NCBI GenBank assembly: GCA_002007425.1
Contig: MUGK01000002.1
Coordinates: forward strand, 1-49,235
Direction of reading: 5' to 3'
DNA from: Chromatiales bacterium USCg_Taylor
GTDB lineage: Bacteria > Pseudomonadota > Gammaproteobacteria > JACCXJ01
DNA: 49,235 nucleotides
Positions 41,738 to 49,235 of this stretch are shown piece by piece. The notes beneath the pieces are model-generated. The model worked only from the letters and a program-made list of their open reading frames with translations, did no database searches and was not told the origin of the DNA. A program made the translations under genes and the position numbers. Position 1 is the stretch's first letter. Every line of letters begins with the position of its first letter.

Positions 41738-43234
41738 ATGGATCCCAACGATTTTGCCCGCTTAGCAAAGGACGGCTATACGCGCATCCCCGTGATGCGA
41801 GAGATCCTCGCGGATTTGCATACCCCGCTCAGCGCTTACTTTAAGCTTGGGGATAGACTGCATTCCTATCTATTTGAATCCGTGCAAGGCGGCGAACAAT
41901 GGGGCCGTTACTCCTTCATCGGGCTGCCGGCGCGGACGGTAGTGCGCGTGAAGGGTCATGGAGTGAAGGTGGAAACGGACGGCGAAGTGGTGGAGCAGAC
42001 GATCACCGCGGACCCCCTGGGATGGATCGACCAATTTCGCGCGCGCTTTCGCGTGCCACAAGTCCACGGCCTACCGCGATTCAGCGGCGGGCTCGTCGGC
42101 TACTTCGGCTATGACACCGTGCGTTATGTCGAGCGGCGCATCGGCAACACGCGCAAGCCCGATCCGCTCGATTGCCCGGATATATTCTTGATGGTATCCG
42201 AGGAGATTTTGGTTTTCGATAACCTGCGCGGCAAACTCTCTCTGATCGTCCATGCCGATCCATCGCAACCGCTCGCCCTCGAACGCGCTCAAGAACGCAT
42301 TGATGAGCACGTCCGCGGTTTAACCGAAGGCCAGATGAGTTCGAGCCTTCCAGCGGCGCCAAGAACCGTGCTCGAAGGGGATTTTCTTTCAAGCTTTGAA
42401 CGCGATAAATTTGAGGCCGCCGTCCATCGAATCAAGGACTATATCCTCGAAGGTGACGTGATGCAGGTGGTCTTGTCTCAGCGCCTGTCGGTGCATTTTC
42501 ACTCCCGCGCCACTGATCTCTACCGCGCCCTGCGCTGCCTCAATCCTTCCCCCTACCTCTATTATTTAAACCTCGGCGATTTCTTTATTGTCGGATCCTC
42601 GCCAGAGATCCTTGTGCGCTTGGATGAGGGTATCGTCACGGTCCGGCCGATCGCCGGGACCCGGCGCCGCGGCCGCGATTCAGAGGAAGATCTCGCGCTC
42701 GAGCAGGAACTCCTGCGCGATCCTAAGGAGCTTGCGGAGCACCTGATGCTCATCGACCTCGGGCGCAATGACATCGGACGAGTGGCACGGATCGGGACCG
42801 TGCAGGTCACGGATCGAATGATGATCGAACGCTATTCGCACGTCATGCATATCGTATCAAACGTCACCGGCCGGCTTGGCAACCACGAAAGCCCCATTGA
42901 CGTACTGCGGGCGACCTTTCCTGCCGGCACCGTGAGCGGCGCACCCAAGGTAAGAGCGATGGAAATCATCGACGAGCTAGAACCGGTGAAGCGTGGGGTC
43001 TATGCGGGGGCCGTCGGCTACTTATCCTGGAGCGGTAACATGGATCTAGCGATCGCGATACGTACTGCATTGATCAAAAATGGCATGTTGCACGTCCAGG
43101 CCGGTGCCGGAATTGTCGCCGATTCGCAACCGGCCCTGGAATGGAAGGAAACCCTCAATAAAGGCCGCGCCATTTTTCGCGCGGTGGCGATGGCGGAAGC
43201 GGGCCTCAACGGAACGAAAACTGGGAAATCGTAA
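41738..43234 (+). CDS. trpE: Anthranilate synthase component I
   Basis: [24 protein letters not shown] and [32 protein letters not shown] are present. ATG 41738 is preferred over the track TTG 41729. The gph-trpE adjacency matches Pseudomonas. Confidence 0.9.
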   Translation: MDPNDFARLAKDGYTRIPVMREILADLHTPLSAYFKLGDRLHSYLFESVQGGEQWGRYSFIGLPARTVVRVKGHGVKVETDGEVVEQTITADPLGWIDQFRARFRVPQVHGLPRFSGGLVGYFGYDTVRYVERRIGNTRKPDPLDCPDIFLMVSEEILVFDNLRGKLSLIVHADPSQPLALERAQERIDEHVRGLTEGQMSSSLPAAPRTVLEGDFLSSFERDKFEAAVHRIKDYILEGDVMQVVLSQRLSVHFHSRATDLYRALRCLNPSPYLYYLNLGDFFIVGSSPEILVRLDEGIVTVRPIAGTRRRGRDSEEDLALEQELLRDPKELAEHLMLIDLGRNDIGRVARIGTVQVTDRMMIERYSHVMHIVSNVTGRLGNHESPIDVLRATFPAGTVSGAPKVRAMEIIDELEPVKRGVYAGAVGYLSWSGNMDLAIAIRTALIKNGMLHVQAGAGIVADSQPALEWKETLNKGRAIFRAVAMAEAGLNGTKTGKS

Positions 43235-43257
43235 GGCGGCGCGTTCGGGCAACGACC

Positions 43258-43294
43258 AAAAAAAATCGGGAGACCGGTTGCCCGGCCTCCCGAT
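43258..43294 (-). terminator. Rho-independent terminator oriented for leftward transcription
   Basis: The minus strand reads AUCGGGAG-G-CCGG-GCAA-CCGG-U-CUCCCGAU followed by U8. On the plus strand the long hairpin (43265-43294) is preceded by A8 (43258-43265) and followed by ACAGGAG, with no U tract. Confidence 0.55.
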
Positions 43295-43505
43295 ACAGGA
43301 GATATTCAAAACTACGAGGCTGGGAGCAATATAATACTCTCGCCCTTTCCTGTAGATTAACGATTGATTAAATTTTTGTAATCTTGCCCCCGCACCTAAC
43401 GCCCGTTCTCGCCAAAGGGTGGCAACCTACAGGAACACCATACATTAGCGCCGGTAAACTAACGGGCTTCGCGATCATAATACCAAACGCCAAGCTGGTC
43501 TTGCT

Positions 43506-44183
43506 ATGCGCATTCTCCTCATCGAAGACGATCGCGACACCGCGGCGTACCTGACGAAAGGCTTGCGTGAAGGCGGCTATACCATCGAACACGCATCCGA
43601 GGGGCGCGACGGCCTGTTCTTGGCGACGAGCGAAGACTTCGATTTGCTGATCGTCGATCGTATGCTACCGGGTTTAAACGGTCTCGCGGTAATTGAAGCA
43701 CTACGGGCACAAGGAAACAAAGTGCCCGTCCTCATCCTCAGCGCGCTGGCGCAGATCGATGACCGTGTGCGCGGCTTGCGTGCGGGCGGCGATGATTACA
43801 TGACCAAACCTTATGCGTTTTCGGAGTTGCTCGCGCGCGTCGAGGCGCTGCTTAGGCGCGGTCACTCCGCGGCGCCTACGACCAAGCTGGGATTCGCGGA
43901 CTTGGAAATGGATCTGCTGACGCGCACCGTCACGCGCGCGGGTCGCAGGATCGATTTACAAGCGCGCGAATTCCGCCTCCTCGAGTATTTGCTGCGTCAC
44001 GCGGGTCAGGTCGTGACACGAACGATGCTCTTGGATGGCGTCTGGGACTACCACTTCGACCCGCAAACAAACGTCATTGACGTACATATCAGCCGCCTGC
44101 GCCAAAAAATAGACAAAGGCTTCGCGACACCGCTGTTGCACACGATCCGGGGCGCGGGTTATTCCTTGCGTGAAGACGCTTAG
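43506..44183 (+). CDS. OmpR/PhoB-family response regulator
   Basis: 225 aa with MRILLIEDD, DLLIVDRMLPGLNG and DDYMTKPYAF. The winged helix is LLDGVWDYHFDPQTNVIDVHISRLRQKI. Confidence 0.9.
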   Translation: MRILLIEDDRDTAAYLTKGLREGGYTIEHASEGRDGLFLATSEDFDLLIVDRMLPGLNGLAVIEALRAQGNKVPVLILSALAQIDDRVRGLRAGGDDYMTKPYAFSELLARVEALLRRGHSAAPTTKLGFADLEMDLLTRTVTRAGRRIDLQAREFRLLEYLLRHAGQVVTRTMLLDGVWDYHFDPQTNVIDVHISRLRQKIDKGFATPLLHTIRGAGYSLREDA

Positions 44184-45546
44184 GCTACTCCAGACCACAC
44201 TGTTCCGGCTGTCGGTCGCCAACATGGCCGCCTTCGCGGCATCGGCCGGCGTGCTGCTCCTGTTCATTCATAACGCGACAGTGGCGTTCATCGATCGAGA
44301 AACAAACGCCACGATCGAAGCCGATTACCGCGGGCTGGCGGAGCAGTACGCACGGCTGGGGCTCAGTGGATTGGCACGGGTCATCACCGAACGCTTGAAT
44401 GGCGATACTCAGACTGGGGATCTGTACCTGCTGATCGATCTTTACCATCGGCCGGTGGCGGGGAATCTCGCCCTCTGGCCCACGGTTGACTCCCAGGCGG
44501 ACGAATGGATCCAGTTTGGCGTCGAGATCCCGGAAGCGTCGGGTCCCGTAATGCACGCGGCGCGCGCGAAGATCTTCGATCTCGCCGACAAACATCGCTT
44601 GCTCGTCGGCCGGGATATCGAAGATCGGGTCGATTTTCAAGGTACGCTTACGGTATTCCTCGTCGCCTCGCTCGCGATATTCGTTGTGCTCAGCGGCATC
44701 GGGGGCATCCTAACCGGCCGCAATATTCTCGGGCGTGTCGACGCCATCGCCCGTACCACCCATAGCATCATTCGAGGCGATCTGAGCCAGCGCTTACCGA
44801 TGCAAGGAATCGGCGATGAATTCGATCGCGTAGCGGAGAGTGTCAATCAAATGCTCAATCAAATCGAGCACTTGAGCAAGGGAATGCGAACGGTCATCGA
44901 CAGCGTGGCGCATGATCTGCGGGGGCCCATCACGCGCCTTCGCAGCCACGTCGAACTGACTTTTAGCAATCCTCCTAGCATCGATTCCTATCGGCAGGCT
45001 CTCGACACGGCCTTGACGGAAACCGAGCGGCTGCATCACACGGTGAACACTTTGCTGCATATTGCTCAGGCCGAGGCGGGCACGCTTGCAATTGAAATGG
45101 AGCGGGTCGATCTGTCTGCCGTTGCCCGCGACGTTGCGGACTTATATCAGCCTCTAGCAGAAGAGCGAGGGTTATGCTTAATTATGGATGCCACGGCGAA
45201 TATCCATATCTTGGGACACCGCGAGTTACTCTCCCATGCCGTCGCCAATCTCATCGACAACGCGATTAAGTATACGCCGCAAGGCGGCGCTATCGGCCTG
45301 ACAGTTTCGGCCGTGGGGCCACGCGCCACGGTCACCGTAGCGGACACGGGGCCGGGCGTGTCCCCCGAGGACCGTGAGCGCGTTCTACAGCGTTTCGTGC
45401 GCCTCGAAGCCAGCCGCACGACCCCTGGCAGCGGCTTAGGTTTGAGCCTCGTCACGGCGGTCGCACAACTGCACGAGGCGGAACTGAGGCTCAGCGATAA
45501 CACGCCGGGTCTGCGCGTCGAGGTAATTTTCCGCACGGCCGTCTAA
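44170..45546 (+). CDS. Periplasmic-sensing HAMP histidine kinase (EnvZ/PhoQ-like class)
   Basis: 458 aa with two TM helices flanking a periplasmic segment of about 130 aa. It then has HAMP, H-box SVAHDLRGPITRL, N-box LIDNAIKYTP, G1 DTGPGV and G2 GSGLGLS. It overlaps the RR gene by 14 nt. Confidence 0.85.
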   Translation: MKTLRLLQTTLFRLSVANMAAFAASAGVLLLFIHNATVAFIDRETNATIEADYRGLAEQYARLGLSGLARVITERLNGDTQTGDLYLLIDLYHRPVAGNLALWPTVDSQADEWIQFGVEIPEASGPVMHAARAKIFDLADKHRLLVGRDIEDRVDFQGTLTVFLVASLAIFVVLSGIGGILTGRNILGRVDAIARTTHSIIRGDLSQRLPMQGIGDEFDRVAESVNQMLNQIEHLSKGMRTVIDSVAHDLRGPITRLRSHVELTFSNPPSIDSYRQALDTALTETERLHHTVNTLLHIAQAEAGTLAIEMERVDLSAVARDVADLYQPLAEERGLCLIMDATANIHILGHRELLSHAVANLIDNAIKYTPQGGAIGLTVSAVGPRATVTVADTGPGVSPEDRERVLQRFVRLEASRTTPGSGLGLSLVTAVAQLHEAELRLSDNTPGLRVEVIFRTAV

Positions 45547-45584
45547 GCCTGAAAGGCGCATTTCAGACAGCCGATCAGAAATAC

Positions 45585-47033
45585 ATGAGCGCCTTCCTCG
45601 CAAAGTTCACCGTATTGGGCAGCGCCGTCCCGGAGCTATGGGTTATCTTCGCAAGCAAGGTGCTGGCGATCCTCGCCTACAACGTGATGAACATGACGCT
45701 GGTGCTCTGGCTCTCCGCGGACCTAGGCTATAGTGATACGGAAGCAGGATTTCTCATCGCGGCCTGGTCGTCGCTCATGACGCTTTTCACGGTGCTGGTT
45801 GGATCCTTTGTCGATGCCGTCGGTCTGCGCCGGGCCCTGCTGCTTGGTTTCGCTATTAGCATGCTCTCACGAGCGATCATGACCTCTACCACGGTAGCGT
45901 GGCTCGCGCTCCCGCTCGGACTCATGCCGCTGGCATTGGGTGAGGCCTTATTGACACCGGTTATGGTCGCCGCGGTTAAGCGCTTCTCTACGGCGCGCCA
46001 GCGCTCGATGGCCTTTTCGGTATTCTATACGGCGATGAACGTCGGGTTCGCGGGCGCCGGCTGGATCTTCGACGCGGTACGGCAGCAACTCGGCGAATAC
46101 GGCAACTATAAGCTCCCACTGCTCGAGGCCACGCTGAGCACCTATCGCACGCTGTTCCTCGTAAGCGTGGTCTTGTCCGGCATCGGCTTAATCGCGGTAT
46201 ATCTTAGTCTTCGGGATGATATCGAGGTCACCGATGCGGGCGCCGGGAGCGGCGCTCTTGAGACTCGCCCCGTCTTCGCCTACCGCGACGCGCTACCACG
46301 AGCGATGCGCCTCTTTACCGGGCTCTGGCAGCAACCCGCGTTCTATCGTTTCCTGGTATTTCTAACGTTGGTTGTGGGCGTGCGCCTCATCTTCTACCAC
46401 ATGTACTACACCTTTCCCAAATACGGCATCCGCGAGCTCGGCGCCGGCGCCCCGATCGGACAGTTATTCGGGGTTCTGAACGCCGTGATGATCATCGCCC
46501 TCGTGCCGGTGGTCGGGGCGCTCACGCAGGGGATACCGGCCTACCGCATGGTCAGCTTCGGCAGCCTCATCGCCGCGCTTTCGGTATTTTTCATCGCCGT
46601 GCCGCCCGCGATCTTCGAGCCGCTCGCCACCAGCCGGGTGGGCGATCTCATCGTTCACACCTGGCTGGGGATCCCTGGAATCGTGGATCCCCGCTACGTG
46701 GGTATTTTCCTGTTCGTCTGTTTCCTCTCCCTCGGGGAGGCGCTGTGGTCACCGAAGCTCTACGAGTATACGGCCGCGATCGCTCCGCAAGGCCAAGAGG
46801 CCTCCTACATGTCGCTCTCCTTCCTGCCGTTTTTCATTGCAAAGTTCTTCGTCGGGATGCTCTCCGGGTTTCTGCTCGGGAACTATTGTCCCGAGACAGG
46901 TCCGCGCGATTGCGAAACTTTATGGTTGCTCGTCGGACTCATGGCGCTTATCACGCCCCTCGGTCTGTTCGCGTTAAGGCGATATCTTCAGAGCGACGAG
47001 CCGGAACGCGTTGGCATCAGGCCCGCCGCTTGA
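45585..47033 (+). CDS. Major facilitator superfamily transporter, substrate unknown
   Basis: 482 aa with about 12 hydrophobic segments and an MFS loop 2-3-like motif (GSFVDAVGLRRALLLG). It starts 38 nt after the kinase stop, so it may be co-transcribed. Confidence 0.75.
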   Translation: MSAFLAKFTVLGSAVPELWVIFASKVLAILAYNVMNMTLVLWLSADLGYSDTEAGFLIAAWSSLMTLFTVLVGSFVDAVGLRRALLLGFAISMLSRAIMTSTTVAWLALPLGLMPLALGEALLTPVMVAAVKRFSTARQRSMAFSVFYTAMNVGFAGAGWIFDAVRQQLGEYGNYKLPLLEATLSTYRTLFLVSVVLSGIGLIAVYLSLRDDIEVTDAGAGSGALETRPVFAYRDALPRAMRLFTGLWQQPAFYRFLVFLTLVVGVRLIFYHMYYTFPKYGIRELGAGAPIGQLFGVLNAVMIIALVPVVGALTQGIPAYRMVSFGSLIAALSVFFIAVPPAIFEPLATSRVGDLIVHTWLGIPGIVDPRYVGIFLFVCFLSLGEALWSPKLYEYTAAIAPQGQEASYMSLSFLPFFIAKFFVGMLSGFLLGNYCPETGPRDCETLWLLVGLMALITPLGLFALRRYLQSDEPERVGIRPAA

Positions 47034-47181
47034 TGCCTCGAGCGTACGACACGCACGGGCGGTTCATCGGCGCACCGTTGGGGGTGGTTTGGCTGAATTA
47101 TTCAACGCCTTCGCCGATAACACGGCAAAACCTGAATCCAAGCTCCCCACGGCGTTTTTTGACCCAAGAAAGTCTTCCTCG

Positions 47182-48483
47182 ATGCCAAGCTTCTTGATTG
47201 TTTCCGATGCGGAGGATTTCCGCGTGCTGCTCGCGCAGCTGCTCGCAATCGAGTGGCCAGACGTCGAGGTAGAGGATTGGGAGCTTCGCTCGGAGGATAA
47301 AACCCCCACGCCTTGGCCGAGGATCGATCTCGTGCTGCTCGACTGTGGCGCGAGCCATAGCGAGGGTTTGGAATGGTTGCGTGGGACGCCCGCCTCTCCC
47401 GAGCGCCCGCCGATCATTGCCCTGACCGACCCCGAGGACAGCGAAGCAGAGGCCGTGACCCTCGGCGCCTCGGCGTGCCTGTCGCGGAGGGACGTGTCCA
47501 GGGTGCGACTGACCGCGGCGATTAACGCTGTGCTGCAGCGGCAAATCGCGGGCGAAGCCTCGGCCGAATTCGCCGTCGCCTCGGAGAAAACCCTGCTGCT
47601 GTCCGAGCTCGGGGTCGAATCCCTTCCAAGCGCGACGGTCGCGGATCCACCCGGCTCCGGCGATCACGCGCGCATCAAGATCGACGGCTACCAGGTGATC
47701 AGGGAACTCGCTAAAGGCGGCATGTCCATCATCTTCCTGGCGAATCACTTGCGGGCCGGGACAACGGTGGCCTTGAAGGTACTGGACGAAAAACTGCTTG
47801 AGGATGAACAGTTCATCACGCTGTTTATACGCGAGTATGGTCTGATCGCCAGCATCCAAAGCCGCTACGTGGTCAAGATCTACGATCAGGGTTTCACCGA
47901 TTTGAATGCCTACATCGTGATGGAGTACTTCTGCCACGGCGCGCTCAAGGATCGTCTCAAGAGCAGAGCGTTCGCACGCCACGAGGCGATGGCCGTGTTT
48001 TACGAGATCCTGATGTCACTGCGGGACATACACGCCCACGGTATCGTACACCACGATCTAAAACCGCAGAACATCATGTTCCGGAGCGACGGCGGCTTGG
48101 CGTTGATCGACTTTGGGATCTCCACACGGCTCGATACAGAACCCAAGCAGGCGGTCTTGGGCACGGAGACCATACTCGGCACGCCCCACTACATGAGCCC
48201 CGAGCAATGCGCGGGGCGGCAGGGAGATCACCACAGCGATCTCTATAGCACGGGCGCCATCCTCTACGAAATGCTCACCGGCGCCAAGCCCTTCACTGCG
48301 CGGGATTGGACCACCTTGCTGCGCCAGCACATCAGCGCGCCGATCCCGCGTTTACCGGCCCAACTATCGGCTTATCAAGCCTTGGTCGACCGCTTGCTTG
48401 CCAAGCGGCCCGAGGATCGCTATCAATCCGCCAGCGAAGTGCTCGACACGGTCGATCGAAGCTTTGTGCCTCACACAGCCTGA
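47182..48483 (+). CDS. Receiver-like domain fused to a Hanks-type Ser/Thr protein kinase
   Basis: From MPSFLIVSDAEDF, the N-terminal ~120 aa is CheY-like (LIVSD, DLVLLDCG, PIIALT). The kinase domain follows with LAKGGMSIIF, VALKVL, HHDLKPQN, DFGIS and GTPHYMSPEQ. Start trimmed from 47011. Confidence 0.8.
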   Translation: MPSFLIVSDAEDFRVLLAQLLAIEWPDVEVEDWELRSEDKTPTPWPRIDLVLLDCGASHSEGLEWLRGTPASPERPPIIALTDPEDSEAEAVTLGASACLSRRDVSRVRLTAAINAVLQRQIAGEASAEFAVASEKTLLLSELGVESLPSATVADPPGSGDHARIKIDGYQVIRELAKGGMSIIFLANHLRAGTTVALKVLDEKLLEDEQFITLFIREYGLIASIQSRYVVKIYDQGFTDLNAYIVMEYFCHGALKDRLKSRAFARHEAMAVFYEILMSLRDIHAHGIVHHDLKPQNIMFRSDGGLALIDFGISTRLDTEPKQAVLGTETILGTPHYMSPEQCAGRQGDHHSDLYSTGAILYEMLTGAKPFTARDWTTLLRQHISAPIPRLPAQLSAYQALVDRLLAKRPEDRYQSASEVLDTVDRSFVPHTA

Positions 48484-48504
48484 ACTGCGCCAACCAGCGC
48501 TGGC

Positions 48505-49188
48505 TTAACGCCCGCCATTATGCCGCGGGATGCTCTGTACGAAACCGGCGATTTGATCAAGTAGCGCTTGCTCTACGTAGGGCTTTCCGAGGTAGGCATC
48601 CACCCCTAAACCCAAGGCGTGCCGGCGATGCTTTTCCGCCGCGCGCGAAGTGATAATGATGATCGGTACACACGCCGTTCTTGGGCTCTGCTTGAGCTTG
48701 CGGGTAAGATCAAATCCGTCCATGCGCGGCATTTCGATGTCGAGCAGGATCACATCGGGCAGACTGACAGCCATTTGTTCCATGGCATCCATTCCATCGC
48801 GCGCGGTCGTCACCTGGTAACCGTGCCCTGACAGCAAGCGTTCCGTGAACTTTCGGACGGTCAGAGAATCGTCCACGACCATGACCAGCGGCGCCTCCGG
48901 TGCCCGAACACCTGGGGAATCGGCCGCGCGCGGCGCCGCATCGCCCCGGTGCGCCAACTGGACTGGATTGAGGATTAGAACGCTGCGTCCATCACCCAGC
49001 GCTGTCGCCCCGAGGATCCCCGCGACCCCGCTGAGCTGCGGACCCACGCCCTTGATAATGACCTCGCGGTTACCAATGACCTCATCTACCAAGACCGCGG
49101 CGCGCGCGCCGCCCTCTTGGAGCAGCAAGAGCTTCTGTTGGCGCATGACACTCACCACGCACGCCGAATCGCCGAGGAGCCGGGGCAA
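48505..49188 (-). CDS. C-terminal CheW-like plus receiver tail of a ChpA/PilL-type chemosensory kinase (N-terminally incomplete as encoded)
   Basis: It has only the distal half of a CheW/P5 domain (AAVLVDEVIGNREVIIKGVGPQLSGVAGILGATALGDGRSVLILNP). A linker and a receiver follow (VMVVDDSLTVRKF, DVILLDIEMPRMDGF, ITSRAAEKHR, YLGKPY). The only start is TTG 49188, and an in-frame TAG lies at 49215-49213. Confidence 0.7.
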   Translation of the reverse strand: MPRLLGDSACVVSVMRQQKLLLLQEGGARAAVLVDEVIGNREVIIKGVGPQLSGVAGILGATALGDGRSVLILNPVQLAHRGDAAPRAADSPGVRAPEAPLVMVVDDSLTVRKFTERLLSGHGYQVTTARDGMDAMEQMAVSLPDVILLDIEMPRMDGFDLTRKLKQSPRTACVPIIIITSRAAEKHRRHALGLGVDAYLGKPYVEQALLDQIAGFVQSIPRHNGGR

Positions 49189-49235
49189 ATAATGGACTGC
49201 CGGGTATTCGGGCTAGCATGCACAAAAGAACGTTG

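Overview
High-GC, gammaproteobacterium-like core chromosome with Pseudomonas-type gene order, and almost entirely housekeeping. Reading left to right: secA 5' end (minus strand, runs off the window), a DUF721/DciA-like gene, then a complete minus-strand dcw cluster (lpxC, ftsZ, ftsA, ftsQ, ddl, murB, murC, murG, ftsW, murD, mraY, murF, murE, ftsI, ftsL, rsmH, mraZ). The cluster has many 1-4 nt stop/start overlaps, a near-consensus Pmra promoter and GTGGG MraZ boxes. Next come rnpB (RNase P RNA), rsmI, lpoA-yraN-diaA-dolP, sspAB, petABC (cytochrome bc1), hisGDC, murA, ibaG and mlaCB. These are followed by a DUF4124 gene, a uracil-DNA glycosylase family gene, coq7, a NarL-type two-component pair, rplM-rpsI, tRNA-Gln(CUG) and gph-trpE. 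The right end is a signalling/transport block: OmpR-type RR/HK, an MFS transporter, a receiver-like::Hanks kinase, and the CheW-receiver tail of a ChpA/PilL-like protein. I found no transposase, integrase, phage gene, CRISPR array or recognisable defence gene, and no convincing novel multi-gene system. The items worth a second look are as follows. (1) Two essential dcw genes, ftsQ and murF, are each split into two out-of-frame ORFs at short homopolymer runs, and there is a possible third case at the right window edge; sequence error is the leading explanation. (2) Two non-coding spacers of about 540 bp are unusually long (34375-34913 and 37140-37680), the second dense with hairpins. (3) Two canonical intrinsic terminators are oriented against the surrounding rightward genes and may mark small leftward RNAs. 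(4) mlaCB lacks mlaFED. (5) The signalling block lies downstream of trpE. Many track ORFs carry spurious N-terminal extensions, so I corrected starts by homology, neighbour stop positions and SD motifs.
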